Program-made: the position numbers and the translations under genes
Assembly (NCBI GenBank): GCA_043756805.1
Contig: JAYUQI010000084.1
Coordinates: 1-34,292, forward strand
Reading direction: 5' to 3'
DNA: 34,292 bases
Source of the DNA: Sphingomonas sp.
GTDB lineage: Bacteria > Pseudomonadota > Alphaproteobacteria > Sphingomonadales > Sphingomonadaceae
The notes under the pieces: generated by a model
Told to the model about the DNA's origin: nothing
Databases searched by the model: none
Seen by the model: the letters and a program-made list of their open reading frames with translations, nothing else
Part shown: piece after piece, positions 9,441 to 20,835 of the stretch
Layout: each line of letters opens with the position of its first letter
How positions within the stretch are numbered: the first letter of the stretch is position 1

Positions 9441-9512
9441 GGCGGCGAGTCCCTGTATGGCAATGATGCGTTGCAGCACGCCTTAGCAAGCGGCGCGCGA
9501 AAGGGAAGATGC

Positions 9513-9527
9513 TGGCACACGACTTGC
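9513..9527 (+). promoter_or_regulatory. Sigma54 (-24/-12) promoter upstream of the flavin oxidoreductase
   Basis: TGGCAC-ACGAC-TTGC is an exact match to TGGCAC-N5-TTGC, in an intergenic region and correctly oriented. Confidence 0.6.
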
Positions 9528-9568
9528 GCCGGTTTGTTCACGCGGGCATGGCGCCGAACATGGCCGAT

Positions 9569-10597
9569 ATGAACATTGCACCGCCCCAATCGCACCTGTC
9601 CGCCCTCATGGCGCGCGGCGCTGCTTTCCTCGGCAGCGAAACCGCGATCATGTGCGGCGCGATGTCGTGGATCAGCGAGCGGCATCTCGTTTCCGCAATT
9701 TCGAATGCCGGTGGCTTTGGCCTTATCGCGTGTGGCGCGATGACGCCCGAACTTCTCGACACCGAAATCGCCGAGACCAAGAAGCGGACCACCAAGCCGT
9801 TCGGCGTCAACCTGATCACGATGCACCCGATGCTGATGGACCTGATCGGTGTTTGCGCCAAGCATCAGGTCACACATATCGTGTTGGCGGGCGGTCTGCC
9901 GCCATCGGGCAGCCTCGATGCGATCAAGGCATCCGGGGCAAAAGTCATTTGCTTTGCGCCGGCGCTGAGCCTTGCCAAGAAATTGATCCGTTCGGGTGTC
10001 GATGCACTGGTCATCGAAGGCATGGAAGCGGGCGGGCACATCGGTCCGGTATCGACATCTGTTCTCGTGCAAGAAATATTGCCCGAAGTGGCTGATCAGG
10101 TGCCCGTCTTTGTCGCGGGCGGGATCGGGCGCGGCGAGACAATGGCCGCCTATCTTGAAATGGGCGCAGCCGGCGTTCAGCTCGGCACGCGCTTTGCCTG
10201 TGCAACCGAAAGCATCGCGCATCCGAATTTCAAAAAGGCGTTTTTCCGGGCATCGGCGCGGGATGCGATTGCCAGCGTGCAGATCGACGCGCGCTTGCCG
10301 GTCATTCCGGTGCGTGCGCTCAAGAATGCCGGAACCGAATTGTTTACCGCAAAACAGCTCGAAGTCGCGCGTGCGCTTGACGAAGGCGGCCTGCCGATGC
10401 CCGAGGCACAATTGGAGATCGAACATTATTGGGCAGGCGCACTGCGCCGCGCGGTCATTGACGGCGATGTCGAGAATGGGTCGCTGATGGCAGGCCAGTC
10501 GGTCGGCATGGTGACGCGCGAGGAGCCCGTCGCAGACATTATCGCGATGTTGGTGGACCAGGCCGAGGCAGCGTTAACCGCGCGAGTCCAGGTTTGA
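9569..10597 (+). CDS. NAD(P)H-dependent flavin oxidoreductase (nitronate monooxygenase/FabK-like family)
   Basis: GAMSW, SNAGGFG, KPFGVN, EGMEAGGH, VAGGI, GVQLGTRF, MAGQSVG; start uncertain (9548/9560/9569/9608). Confidence 0.88.
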   Translation: MNIAPPQSHLSALMARGAAFLGSETAIMCGAMSWISERHLVSAISNAGGFGLIACGAMTPELLDTEIAETKKRTTKPFGVNLITMHPMLMDLIGVCAKHQVTHIVLAGGLPPSGSLDAIKASGAKVICFAPALSLAKKLIRSGVDALVIEGMEAGGHIGPVSTSVLVQEILPEVADQVPVFVAGGIGRGETMAAYLEMGAAGVQLGTRFACATESIAHPNFKKAFFRASARDAIASVQIDARLPVIPVRALKNAGTELFTAKQLEVARALDEGGLPMPEAQLEIEHYWAGALRRAVIDGDVENGSLMAGQSVGMVTREEPVADIIAMLVDQAEAALTARVQV

Positions 10598-10715
10598 TAC
10601 ACTCGCCATCGAAACGAATCGGTTGTGCAAAGGTTACCAAAGCGTTAATGGGAAATCAGGAGAGGTCGCACGCTTGCAACGTCAAGTTCCCTTCTTCCTA
10701 ATTTCCGGGGGTTTT

Positions 10716-11381
10716 ATGCGTAAATTACTTTTAGCTGCTTCGGCGCTCGCACTTGCAAGCCCCGTCGCCGCGATTGCAGCACCGGTTGTGACAGTGGGTT
10801 TCGGCTCATCGACCAGCCTTTCGCCTTTCAACAACTTCATCCCGCAGCTTACGGGCCTAGGTTACACAAAATACTCGACGACGGGCTCGACGCTCGTTCT
10901 GAGTGGGATGGCCAAGATTACTTATTACTTCATGGGCAGCGAAAGCGGCTTCAGCGATACGTTTAAGGCGGGTTCACTGAGCTACACCGAAACGAGCAGC
11001 TTTGAGAATCATTTCGGTTCGCCAATCCTGATCGGCACACAGACATTCGCTGCCGGTGGTTCGCTTGCTGGTATCCTGAATTTCTCCGCCACCAACGCTA
11101 GCTTCCCCGCTGGCGCTCCTGCGACGGTTGGTCAGGATGGCTTCGGAGTTTTCTTGAAGACCGCTCAAGCAACGGGCACTGGCGTAACCGAATTTTTCTT
11201 CGGCTATGACGACCAGACTGGTCGCGCTGATGACAATCATGACGATTTCATCGTCAAGGCTGTTGTAACGGCGGTTCCGGTTCCTGAGCCAGGCACATGG
11301 GCAATGCTGCTTTCGGGCTTCGCGATCGTGGGCTCGCTCCTGCGCCGCCGCCGGAGCAATGGCGTGACCGTTCTCGCCTAA
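10716..11381 (+). CDS. Secreted PEP-CTERM (PEPxxWA) protein of unknown function
   Basis: Signal peptide MRKLLLAASALALASPVAAIA; Gly/Ser/Thr-rich body ending in acidic YDDQTGRADDNHDDFIV; tail VPEPGTWAMLLSGFAIVGSLLRRRR. Confidence 0.9.
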   Translation: MRKLLLAASALALASPVAAIAAPVVTVGFGSSTSLSPFNNFIPQLTGLGYTKYSTTGSTLVLSGMAKITYYFMGSESGFSDTFKAGSLSYTETSSFENHFGSPILIGTQTFAAGGSLAGILNFSATNASFPAGAPATVGQDGFGVFLKTAQATGTGVTEFFFGYDDQTGRADDNHDDFIVKAVVTAVPVPEPGTWAMLLSGFAIVGSLLRRRRSNGVTVLA

Positions 11382-11399
11382 AATTGCTTAAGCGTCTAC

Positions 11400-11441
11400 G
11401 AAAGGCTTTCAATCGGATAACACCGGTTGGAAGCCTTTCTT
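11400..11441 (+). terminator. 3' stem-loop/terminator after the PEP-CTERM gene
   Basis: 17-bp stem 11400-11416/11423-11439; both non-Watson-Crick positions are U.G pairs on the + strand; short U tail. Confidence 0.65.
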
Positions 11442-11462
11442 GCATCTGGTAGCGCTGCTGCC

Positions 11463-13736
11463 ATGCCAAGCGCCGCCGCCTCTGCCCGCGAAATTCTGAC
11501 CCGCTTGCACGAGGTTATGGCCGCGCGGACAGGTGCGCAGGCAAAGCTCAATCAAGTGACCGGCATCATTGCCGAAGCGCTGGCCAGCGAAGTCTGCTCG
11601 ATCTATCTTTTACGTGACGGCGTTCTCGAGCTTTATGCGACGCGTGGGCTGAAGCAGGAAGCGGTCCACGTCACCAAGCTGGCACTGGGCGAAGGGCTGG
11701 TCGGCACGATTGCCGCCAATGTCGAAACGCTCAACCTCGACGAAGCGACCAGCCATCCCGATTTTGCCTACAAGCCAGAGACCGGCGAAGAAATGTTCCA
11801 TTCCTTTGCCGGCGTGCCCATCGTGCGGCGCGAGGCCGCGGTGGGCGTGCTCTGCATCCAACACGCCGATCCGCGCCGTTACGAGGAAGTCGAGATCGAA
11901 GCGTTGCAGACCGTGGCAATGGTGTTGTCCGAACTCATTGCCAACGCAGGCCTCGTCGACGAGAAACGCCGCGACGGTGACAAGGTGCAGACCGCGCAGG
12001 GCGTTCGTCTCGGCGGGCTGAAACTGGTCGAGGGGATGGCGCGCGGGCACGCCGTTTATCACCAGCCGCGCATCGTCATCGAACATACCGTCGCCGAAGA
12101 CACCGAAGCCGAGCGCCACCGTGTCTATTCGGCATTCGACAAAATGCGCGAACAGATCGACCGGATGGCGAGCCAGGCGGAATTCGGTGTCGACGGCGAA
12201 ACCCGCGAGATCATCGATACTTACAAGATGTTCGCCTATGACGAAGGCTGGGGCCGACGGATCAACGAAGCAATCGACAGCGGCCTGACTGCCGAGGCCG
12301 CCATCGAACGCGTCCAGCAGCGCACGCGGATGCGGATGCGCCAGATTGACGATCCACTGCTCGCCGACCGCATGCACGACCTCGAGGATCTGGCGAACCG
12401 GTTGTTGCGCATCGTCTCGGGGCAATTGGGGACGGCAGCGCAAGCCGGACTGCGGCAGGATACGATTCTGATCGCCCGCAATCTCGGGCCGGCCGAGCTG
12501 CTCGAATATGACCGGCGGCGTTTGAAAGGCGTCATCCTCGAGGAAGGGTCACTGACCGCGCATGTCACGATTGTCGCCCGCGCGATGGGCGTGCCAGTGC
12601 TCGGCCGTGTCAAGGATGTGCGCCGGATGGTGGCTGATGGCGATGCCCTCCTGCTCGACGGGACCGACGGGTCGGTCATTGTCCGCCCCAGCCAGCCAAT
12701 GGACGAAGCGTTTGAATCAAAGCTGTTGGTTGGCCAGAAGCGCCGTGCCAGCTTTGCCGCCCTCCGTGACCAGCCGCCGGTCACAAAAGATGGCTTGCGC
12801 ATTCAACTAATGGTCAATGCGGGCCTGCGCGATGATGTTGCCGCGCTGGATGTAACGGGCGCCGACGGCATCGGCCTGTTCCGCACTGAATTTCAGTTTC
12901 TGGTCTCTGCCACCCTGCCGCAGCGTGCGCAACAGCAGCGCCTTTACCGAGACGTTCTCGACGCCGCCGGGGATCGCCCGGTCATTTTCCGCACCGTGGA
13001 CATCGGCGGTGACAAGGCACTGCCCTATTTACGGCCGTCGGACGATGAAACCGAGGAAAACCCTGCCATGGGCTGGCGCGCGTTGCGGGTGGCGCTGGAC
13101 CGCGACGGGTTGATGAAAGTTCAGGCACGCGCCTTGCTCGAGGCAGCGGTTGGCCGGACGCTCAGTGTCATGTTTCCGATGGTTAGCGAACCGTGGGAAT
13201 TTGATGAAGCCAAGGCTCTGTTCGAGGCTCAGCGCAAATGGCTTGGCGAGCGCGGCAAGCGGCTGCCCACGACAGTGCGTTATGGCGCGATGCTCGAAGT
13301 GCCCGCGCTGGCGGAGATGCTCGACATACTTCTGCCCAATCTCGATTTTCTGTCGATCGGCACCAATGACCTGACCCAGTTCCTGTTCGCCGCCGACCGC
13401 GCCAACCCGAAGCTCGCAGAGCGCTATGACTGGTTGAGCCCGGCGATCCTGCGCTTTCTGTCGCGCATCGTCCGCGAGGCGAAGGCGCATAATGTGCCCG
13501 TCGGCGTTTGCGGCGAAATGGGCGGACGTCCGCTGGAAGCAATGGCGTTGATCGGCCTGGGGATCGACCGGTTGTCGATCACCCCTGCGGCGATTGGCCC
13601 CGTCAAAGCCATGATCCGTTCGCTGGATGCCGGGTCATTGCGCACGGCGATGCAGGGCTTCCTTGCGCAGAAGTCGCGGAATCTGCGCGGGGCGCTCGGC
13701 GATTGGGCAGATCAGCATCAGGTCGAAATCGCCTGA
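11463..13736 (+). CDS. ptsP: Phosphoenolpyruvate-protein phosphotransferase EI(Ntr) with N-terminal GAF domain
   Basis: GAF region (EVCSIYL...LYATRGL), phospho-His GSLTAHVTIVARA, GIGLFRTEF, EENPAMGWRA, SIGTNDL. Confidence 0.95.
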   Translation: MPSAAASAREILTRLHEVMAARTGAQAKLNQVTGIIAEALASEVCSIYLLRDGVLELYATRGLKQEAVHVTKLALGEGLVGTIAANVETLNLDEATSHPDFAYKPETGEEMFHSFAGVPIVRREAAVGVLCIQHADPRRYEEVEIEALQTVAMVLSELIANAGLVDEKRRDGDKVQTAQGVRLGGLKLVEGMARGHAVYHQPRIVIEHTVAEDTEAERHRVYSAFDKMREQIDRMASQAEFGVDGETREIIDTYKMFAYDEGWGRRINEAIDSGLTAEAAIERVQQRTRMRMRQIDDPLLADRMHDLEDLANRLLRIVSGQLGTAAQAGLRQDTILIARNLGPAELLEYDRRRLKGVILEEGSLTAHVTIVARAMGVPVLGRVKDVRRMVADGDALLLDGTDGSVIVRPSQPMDEAFESKLLVGQKRRASFAALRDQPPVTKDGLRIQLMVNAGLRDDVAALDVTGADGIGLFRTEFQFLVSATLPQRAQQQRLYRDVLDAAGDRPVIFRTVDIGGDKALPYLRPSDDETEENPAMGWRALRVALDRDGLMKVQARALLEAAVGRTLSVMFPMVSEPWEFDEAKALFEAQRKWLGERGKRLPTTVRYGAMLEVPALAEMLDILLPNLDFLSIGTNDLTQFLFAADRANPKLAERYDWLSPAILRFLSRIVREAKAHNVPVGVCGEMGGRPLEAMALIGLGIDRLSITPAAIGPVKAMIRSLDAGSLRTAMQGFLAQKSRNLRGALGDWADQHQVEIA

Positions 13737-13844
13737 GAATGGAGAAAATCAGGATGACAGACGTTCAGTTGACAGCACCCCTTACGATTTGAGACAACAG
13801 TGCACCGCCCAACGGTCGCGTAAGGGTGGGGAGAGAACGAAAAT

Positions 13845-14675
13845 ATGGTCGATGCTGAACTGCCTGAACCAGGCTTGTTCCCGCAAAGCGTGGGTGAACG
13901 TCTGCGTGTGATGCGAGAGGCGGCTGGCCTCGACCTCAATGATGTGGGCACGAAAACCCGTATTCCGCTGCGCCATCTCGAAGCGATCGAGCGCGGCGAC
14001 TATGCCTCGCTGCCTTCACAGACCTATGCCCTTGGCTTCACGCGTTCCTATGCGCGTGCGGTCGGCGCCGATGATGTGCCACTGATCGCTCAGCTACGCT
14101 TGGATCTGGGGCGTGAGGATCCGATGGCGCGTGGTGACATGCCCTATGAACCTGCCGATCCAGCGCGTGTGCCGGGGCGTTTGCTGGCATGGACAGCAGC
14201 GGCGCTCGCGCTGGTGCTTGCGATTGGCTACTGGACGTGGCGATCAAACACATGGGGTCCTGACGCGGTAACCCCGGTGCTGACCGAAACACCCGCAACG
14301 CCGCCGGTCGTGGCGACAAATGCGACCCCTCCGCCAGAGCCGGTTATGGCACCTGTAACAGGCGAAGTCGTGCTGACTGCGACTGCACCGGTTTGGCTGC
14401 GCGTCTATGATGCCTCCAAAACGAAACTGTTCGAGAAAGAAATGACGGTCGGGGAGCGCTATGCCGTCCCCGCCAATGCGAACAATCCGATGATCCTGAC
14501 CGGCCGACCCGATGGACTGAAAGTTACGGTGGGTGGCCGCGAGGTTGCCCCGCTGGGTACGGCCGAGAAATCGATCAGGGATGTCGGCATCAGTGCCGCA
14601 GCATTGGCAGCGCGTCCGCCAGTTGCTGCAACACCGACGGCGGGTGCGCCGACGCTGCCAGCACCGGCACTGTAG
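13845..14675 (+). CDS. rodZ: RodZ-like protein (HTH + TM + DUF4115)
   Basis: VGERLRVMREAAG...TRIPLRHLEAIERG...YALGFTRSYA HTH; one TM helix; C-terminal VWLRVYD...GRPDGLKVTV domain. Confidence 0.8.
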   Translation: MVDAELPEPGLFPQSVGERLRVMREAAGLDLNDVGTKTRIPLRHLEAIERGDYASLPSQTYALGFTRSYARAVGADDVPLIAQLRLDLGREDPMARGDMPYEPADPARVPGRLLAWTAAALALVLAIGYWTWRSNTWGPDAVTPVLTETPATPPVVATNATPPPEPVMAPVTGEVVLTATAPVWLRVYDASKTKLFEKEMTVGERYAVPANANNPMILTGRPDGLKVTVGGREVAPLGTAEKSIRDVGISAAALAARPPVAATPTAGAPTLPAPAL

Positions 14676-14700
14676 AATTTAGCGAGTGGGGACGGGTAAT

Positions 14701-15597
14701 ATGCGTTTGAAATTGGGGATTGCAGCGCTGCTGGCAGGCGCATCATTCAATGGCGCGGCTCTGGCGCAGACCGGCGGGATCGACCTTCGCGTAGGCAAGC
14801 TAGAGAAGGAAATGAAGGCGGTTCAGCGCACGGTCTTCCCGCAAGGCGTGCCAGTGCAGCCCGAAACCGGGGCAGCCATTCCGGGACCGGCAGCAGGGTC
14901 ACCGGCGACCGCACCGATTGCCGATCTGACGGCGCGCGTCGATGCACTCGAAAAGTCGCTTGCGTCGCTGACGGGCCAGATCGAGCAAGCACAATATCGC
15001 AATCGCCAGCAGGATGAAGCAATCAAACGGATCGAAGATCGATTGACGCCGGCAGTGACGCCCGAGCCCGCCGCCCTCGCGCCTGCGACGCTCACGCCAA
15101 AGCCTGCAACCACAGCTTCGACAACGAAACCCCCGATTGCAGCGACGAGGCCCGATGCGGCCCGCAAAACGCAAATCGCGGCGGTCGAAATTCCCGCAAC
15201 CGGTGATGCGCCGGAAGATGCGTATACCTATGGCTTCCGCCTCTACACGGCCAAACTCTATCCCGAAGCGCAGACCAAGTTGAAGGAATTTGTCGCCAAA
15301 TATCCCTCGCACCGTCGCGCCAGCTATGCCCAGAACCTGCTCGGAAGATCCTATTATGACGAAGGCAAGCCCGCGCTCGCCAGTGTGGCATTCTATGACA
15401 ATTACCAAAAAATGCCGAAGGGCGAGCGTGCGCCCGAAAGTCTGTATTGGCTCGGGCAAGCGCTGATCAAGCTCAAGAAATTGCCCGATGCCTGCAAGGT
15501 CTATGTCGAACTTAACGAGGTTTACGGCAGCAAGCTCAGTGCCGACCTTGCTGCCAGAGCAAAAAAGGGCCGTGCCGACGCCAAATGCACTGCCTGA
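14701..15597 (+). CDS. cpoB: Tol-Pal-associated coiled-coil/TPR protein (YbgF/CpoB-like)
   Basis: Signal peptide, LTGQIEQ trimerisation-like segment, TPRs (FVAKYPSH...PESLYWLGQAL...DAC); directly upstream of tilS. Confidence 0.8.
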   Translation: MRLKLGIAALLAGASFNGAALAQTGGIDLRVGKLEKEMKAVQRTVFPQGVPVQPETGAAIPGPAAGSPATAPIADLTARVDALEKSLASLTGQIEQAQYRNRQQDEAIKRIEDRLTPAVTPEPAALAPATLTPKPATTASTTKPPIAATRPDAARKTQIAAVEIPATGDAPEDAYTYGFRLYTAKLYPEAQTKLKEFVAKYPSHRRASYAQNLLGRSYYDEGKPALASVAFYDNYQKMPKGERAPESLYWLGQALIKLKKLPDACKVYVELNEVYGSKLSADLAARAKKGRADAKCTA

Positions 15598-16543
15598 CAC
15601 GCTTGTCCGCCGCTTTGCGGATGATGTCGTCCGGCTGATCGGCAATCGCCCCGCTGACCGCATCGGCATTGCCGTTTCGGGTGGTCCCGACAGTGTTGCT
15701 TTACTGCTGCTCGCTGCAGCAGTGTTTTCCGGGCGGGTCTCAGCGGCAACCGTTGATCATCGCCTGCGCCCGGCATCGACGGATGAAGCCCGGTTTGTCG
15801 CCGATCTGTGCGCCACACAAGGCATTCCACATGCGGTTCTGACGCTTGGCGCATTGCCGGCGGGCAATGTCTCTGCTCAGGCGCGCAAGGCCCGCTATGC
15901 AGCGCTGGAGGACTGGTGCGATGCCCAGGCGATCAACTGGCTGATGACGGCGCACCACGCCGATGACCAGTGCGAGACGCTGCTGATGCGGCTCAATCGC
16001 GGGGCTGGCATTGCGGGTTTGTCAGGGGTTCGTGCGCGGCAGGGGCGGATTGTCCGGCCTTTGCTGCACTGGCGGCATCTCGAACTGACCGCTCTGGTTG
16101 CTGACGCAGGAATTGCCGCCATTGATGATCCAACCAATCATGACGACAGCTATGATCGCGCACGTCTGCGTAAATCATTGCATGATGCCGACTGGATCGA
16201 TGCACAGGCTTTTGCGCTCAGTGCAGACACGCTTGCCGACGCTGATGCAGCGCTTGACTGGGCAGTGGACCAGGTTGAGGCCTCCCACGTCAGCCAGGAT
16301 GATGCTGGTGTTTCCTTCGATCAGCGAAGCGCAAATGTTCCCGCCGAAATCTGCCGTCGTCTCGTTTTGCGCTGCCTGCGCAAAATCGATCCCGATTGCG
16401 CGCCGCGCGGCGTTCCGCTTTCGCGGTTGATTGCCATGCTCGAAAGCGGGGGCTCGGGAACGCTTGGCAATGTCGCCGTGCGCGGTGGCGATTCGTGGCA
16501 TTTCGGCCCCGCGCCGCCGCGCCGCGCGACCGTTTCGCAATGA
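15572..16543 (+). CDS. tilS: tRNA(Ile)-lysidine synthetase
   Basis: PP-loop AVSGGPDS, VDHRLR, ARKARY, TAHHADDQCET, VRPLL, DDPTN; start approximate (GTG 15572). Confidence 0.93.
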   Translation: MPTPNALPDTLVRRFADDVVRLIGNRPADRIGIAVSGGPDSVALLLLAAAVFSGRVSAATVDHRLRPASTDEARFVADLCATQGIPHAVLTLGALPAGNVSAQARKARYAALEDWCDAQAINWLMTAHHADDQCETLLMRLNRGAGIAGLSGVRARQGRIVRPLLHWRHLELTALVADAGIAAIDDPTNHDDSYDRARLRKSLHDADWIDAQAFALSADTLADADAALDWAVDQVEASHVSQDDAGVSFDQRSANVPAEICRRLVLRCLRKIDPDCAPRGVPLSRLIAMLESGGSGTLGNVAVRGGDSWHFGPAPPRRATVSQ

Positions 16544-16560
16544 ATCTGCATGCCGTTCCA

Positions 16561-16587
16561 TTGTCATTAAGACGAATCGGCTTATTT
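16561..16587 (+). promoter_or_regulatory. Possible RpoH/RpoD-type promoter of ftsH
   Basis: TTG-N17-CTTATTT resembles alphaproteobacterial CTTG-N17/18-CYTATNT. Confidence 0.4.
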
Positions 16588-16610
16588 ATGCTGCTTGAAG
16601 CGAGGCAGAT

Positions 16611-18547
<1,937 letters not shown>

Positions 18548-18551
<4 letters not shown>

Positions 18552-19318
18552 GCGAGCGTAATCCAGGTTGGCGCATGGTCGCTGGCCTTTTCACGGCCGC
18601 GGTGGTCGCGATCAACGCCGGCATCGGTTAACCGGTCTGCTGCTTCGGGGCTGAGCATCAGGTGGTCGATGCGAAACCCCGCGTCGCGCGCCCAGCCATT
18701 CATCTGATAGTCCCAAAATGTCCACATCGGCACATTTGGATATCGTGTCTTGAGTGCATCGGTCCACCCCTGTGCCGCCAGCCGCCGGAACGCCGAGCGG
18801 CTTTCGGGCTGCATGAGCGCGTCGGATGCCATTGCTTCGGGCTTCCAGACGTCGGCGTCAGTCGGGATGACATTATAGTCACCTGCAAGCACGACGGATC
18901 GTTCCCCGGCGAGCAACAGCGCCGCGCGCGCATTGAGCCGCTCAAACCAACTTAGCTTGAAATCAAATTTTGGTCCGGGATGCGGGTTGCCGTTTGGCAG
19001 GTAGATTGAGGCGATGATGACGCCATTCACTTCGGCTTCAAGATAGCGGCTGTGCGTATCATCCGGATCATCGGGCAGGCCACGCAGCCGTTCGACCGGA
19101 TCATTGCCGCGCGCGAGGATCGCGACGCCATTGAATCCCTTCTGCCCGTGCCAGATTGCACCATAGCCTGCGTCACGGATGTCGCTTTCGGGAAACGTCT
19201 CGTCGCTCGATTTCAATTCTTGGAGGCAGGCAACATCGGGCTTGGTTTCATCGAGCCATTCGATCAAACGCGGCAGACGCGCCTTGATTCCGTTGACGTT
19301 ATACGTCGCGATTTTCAC
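18548..19318 (-). CDS. xth: Exodeoxyribonuclease III
   Basis: [27 protein letters not shown]; GTG start overlaps the erpA stop (TAGTG). Confidence 0.95.
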
Positions 19319-19641
19319 TAAACCGAAAAACTCGAACCGCAGCCGCATCCCGAGGCGGCGTTGGGATTGGTCACTTTGAACGCCGAGCCACCGAGCGATT
19401 CGACATAGTCGACGGCCGCGCCTGACACGAGATCAAGACTCATGGGGTCGACCACCAGACGAACGCCGTCACACTCGGCCACGGCATCATCGCCTTCGAC
19501 GGTATCAGCAAGGCCGAACTTATACTGGAAGCCCGAGCAGCCGCCACCTTCGACCGAGAGACGCAGGATCGCAGGCTTGGCTTGCTTGGCCGCAATTATG
19601 GCAACGCGCGCGGCGGCACTCGGGGTCAGGTCAACATTCAT
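19318..19641 (-). CDS. erpA: Iron-sulfur cluster insertion protein (A-type carrier)
   Basis: LRLSVEGGGCSGFQY and NPNAASGCGCGSSF. Confidence 0.9.
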   Translation of the reverse strand: MNVDLTPSAAARVAIIAAKQAKPAILRLSVEGGGCSGFQYKFGLADTVEGDDAVAECDGVRLVVDPMSLDLVSGAAVDYVESLGGSAFKVTNPNAASGCGCGSSFSV

Positions 19642-19648
19642 AGCAGGA

Positions 19649-19677
19649 AGATAGGCGCGGACGCCTCTGCCAGCAAG
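19649..19677 (-). promoter_or_regulatory. RpoH/RpoD-type promoter of erpA-xth, probably leaderless
   Basis: Minus strand CTTG-N18-CCTATCT, with 7 nt between it and the erpA ATG; no Shine-Dalgarno. Confidence 0.6.
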
Positions 19678-19683
19678 GACCGC

Positions 19684-20835
19684 TTATTTGATTGGCTGTG
19701 CAGGACCACCAACAGCGACGTTACCGCGCGCTTGCATCGCCGTCAGATAGTTGGACGGTTGCAGGAAAGGCATCGGATTAACGGCGCTGCCGTCGAGGCG
19801 GACTTCATAGTGAAGATGGTTGCCCGTTGAACGACCGGTCGATCCCATGCGCGCAATCAGCTGTCCGCGCTTCACACGTTGTCCCGGCTGGACGACAATC
19901 GACGACAAGTGACCGTAACGTGTCTGTATGCCGCGTCCATGTTCAAGCTCGACAAGATTGCCATAGCCTGCGGCGCGACCGGCGCGGCCAACCATGCCGT
20001 CGGCTGTGGCGTAAATCGGCGTTCCATAAGGACCGCGAATATCGACGCCGGCGTGCATCGCTGCGCCGCCGCGGAATGGGTCGCTACGGACGCCGAAGCC
20101 GCTGGTGAAATCAACATCGTCAACGGGCTTTTGTGACGGGATGGCGACAATGCCCTGCTGCAACTGGTCAAGGCGCTTCCACGACTGGAACAGCGAACGG
20201 AAAGCAGGATCAGGCGCAGCTTTTACTGCTGTCGTATCAACCGGTTCATAGGGTCCGCCCATTGCCGACTTATCCTCGGCAATGCGCTGCGCCGGTATGC
20301 CATATTGCGCGAGTGTTGCTTCGGTTTGGCTATAACGTGCCTCTATTGCGGCCTTGACGCGTGTCGCCATAGCAACTTGCTTGGCCTCAACCGCATTGAA
20401 AGGCGAGATTGCGTCGGCAGCGCGTGCCGAAACTTTTTTTGCTTCGCCCGGCAGCGCAGGCGTGCCCTTACCCGTCAGCACCGCGTCGAGAAATGCCTGA
20501 CGCTGCTCGAGGCGTGCTGCGTGGGCCGATGCTTCGGTGCGGATCGCGGTAATATCCGATCGCATCGACGAGATGCGCTGCTGCAGTTCAAGGACGGCGA
20601 CTTCGTGCGACACCGCCTGAATCATAGCGGGTGCTGCACCCGTCAATTGTGCCGTGCCAATCACCGACAGCCCGAATGCTGCGACGATCACGCCAGCGCC
20701 AAGCGCCTGAACTCGACCCGAAACATGGACGCGACGCATCGTCGCACCATCATGAACAAAAATTTCGCGGGACCGGAATAAATTACGGGCTTTCGACAAA
20801 AAGCCGCTATCCGCAGAAAAACGCATACCAAACAT
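19684..20835 (-). CDS. M23 family metallopeptidase with N-terminal TM and coiled coil
   Basis: HAGVD, YGHL, GSTGRSTGNHLHYEV. Confidence 0.92.
   Translation of the reverse strand: MFGMRFSADSGFLSKARNLFRSREIFVHDGATMRRVHVSGRVQALGAGVIVAAFGLSVIGTAQLTGAAPAMIQAVSHEVAVLELQQRISSMRSDITAIRTEASAHAARLEQRQAFLDAVLTGKGTPALPGEAKKVSARAADAISPFNAVEAKQVAMATRVKAAIEARYSQTEATLAQYGIPAQRIAEDKSAMGGPYEPVDTTAVKAAPDPAFRSLFQSWKRLDQLQQGIVAIPSQKPVDDVDFTSGFGVRSDPFRGGAAMHAGVDIRGPYGTPIYATADGMVGRAGRAAGYGNLVELEHGRGIQTRYGHLSSIVVQPGQRVKRGQLIARMGSTGRSTGNHLHYEVRLDGSAVNPMPFLQPSNYLTAMQARGNVAVGGPAQPIK

Noticed and set aside
9437-10426. 329-aa minus-strand ORF and other long antisense ORFs (e.g. 11610-12443, 17187-18020, 23262-24128, 28403-29395)
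   Set aside because: They overlap well-supported genes on the opposite strand and show no motifs; expected in high-GC DNA.
10663-10678. GG-N10-GC (AGGTCGCACGCTTGCA) as a sigma54 promoter for the PEP-CTERM gene
   Set aside because: Spacing and TTGC fit, but the -24 element lacks TGGCAC; too weak to call.
13769-13828. TTGACA and a CCCTTACG/CGTAAGGG inverted repeat upstream of rodZ
   Set aside because: No convincing -10 at the right spacing, and the repeat is short with a long spacer.
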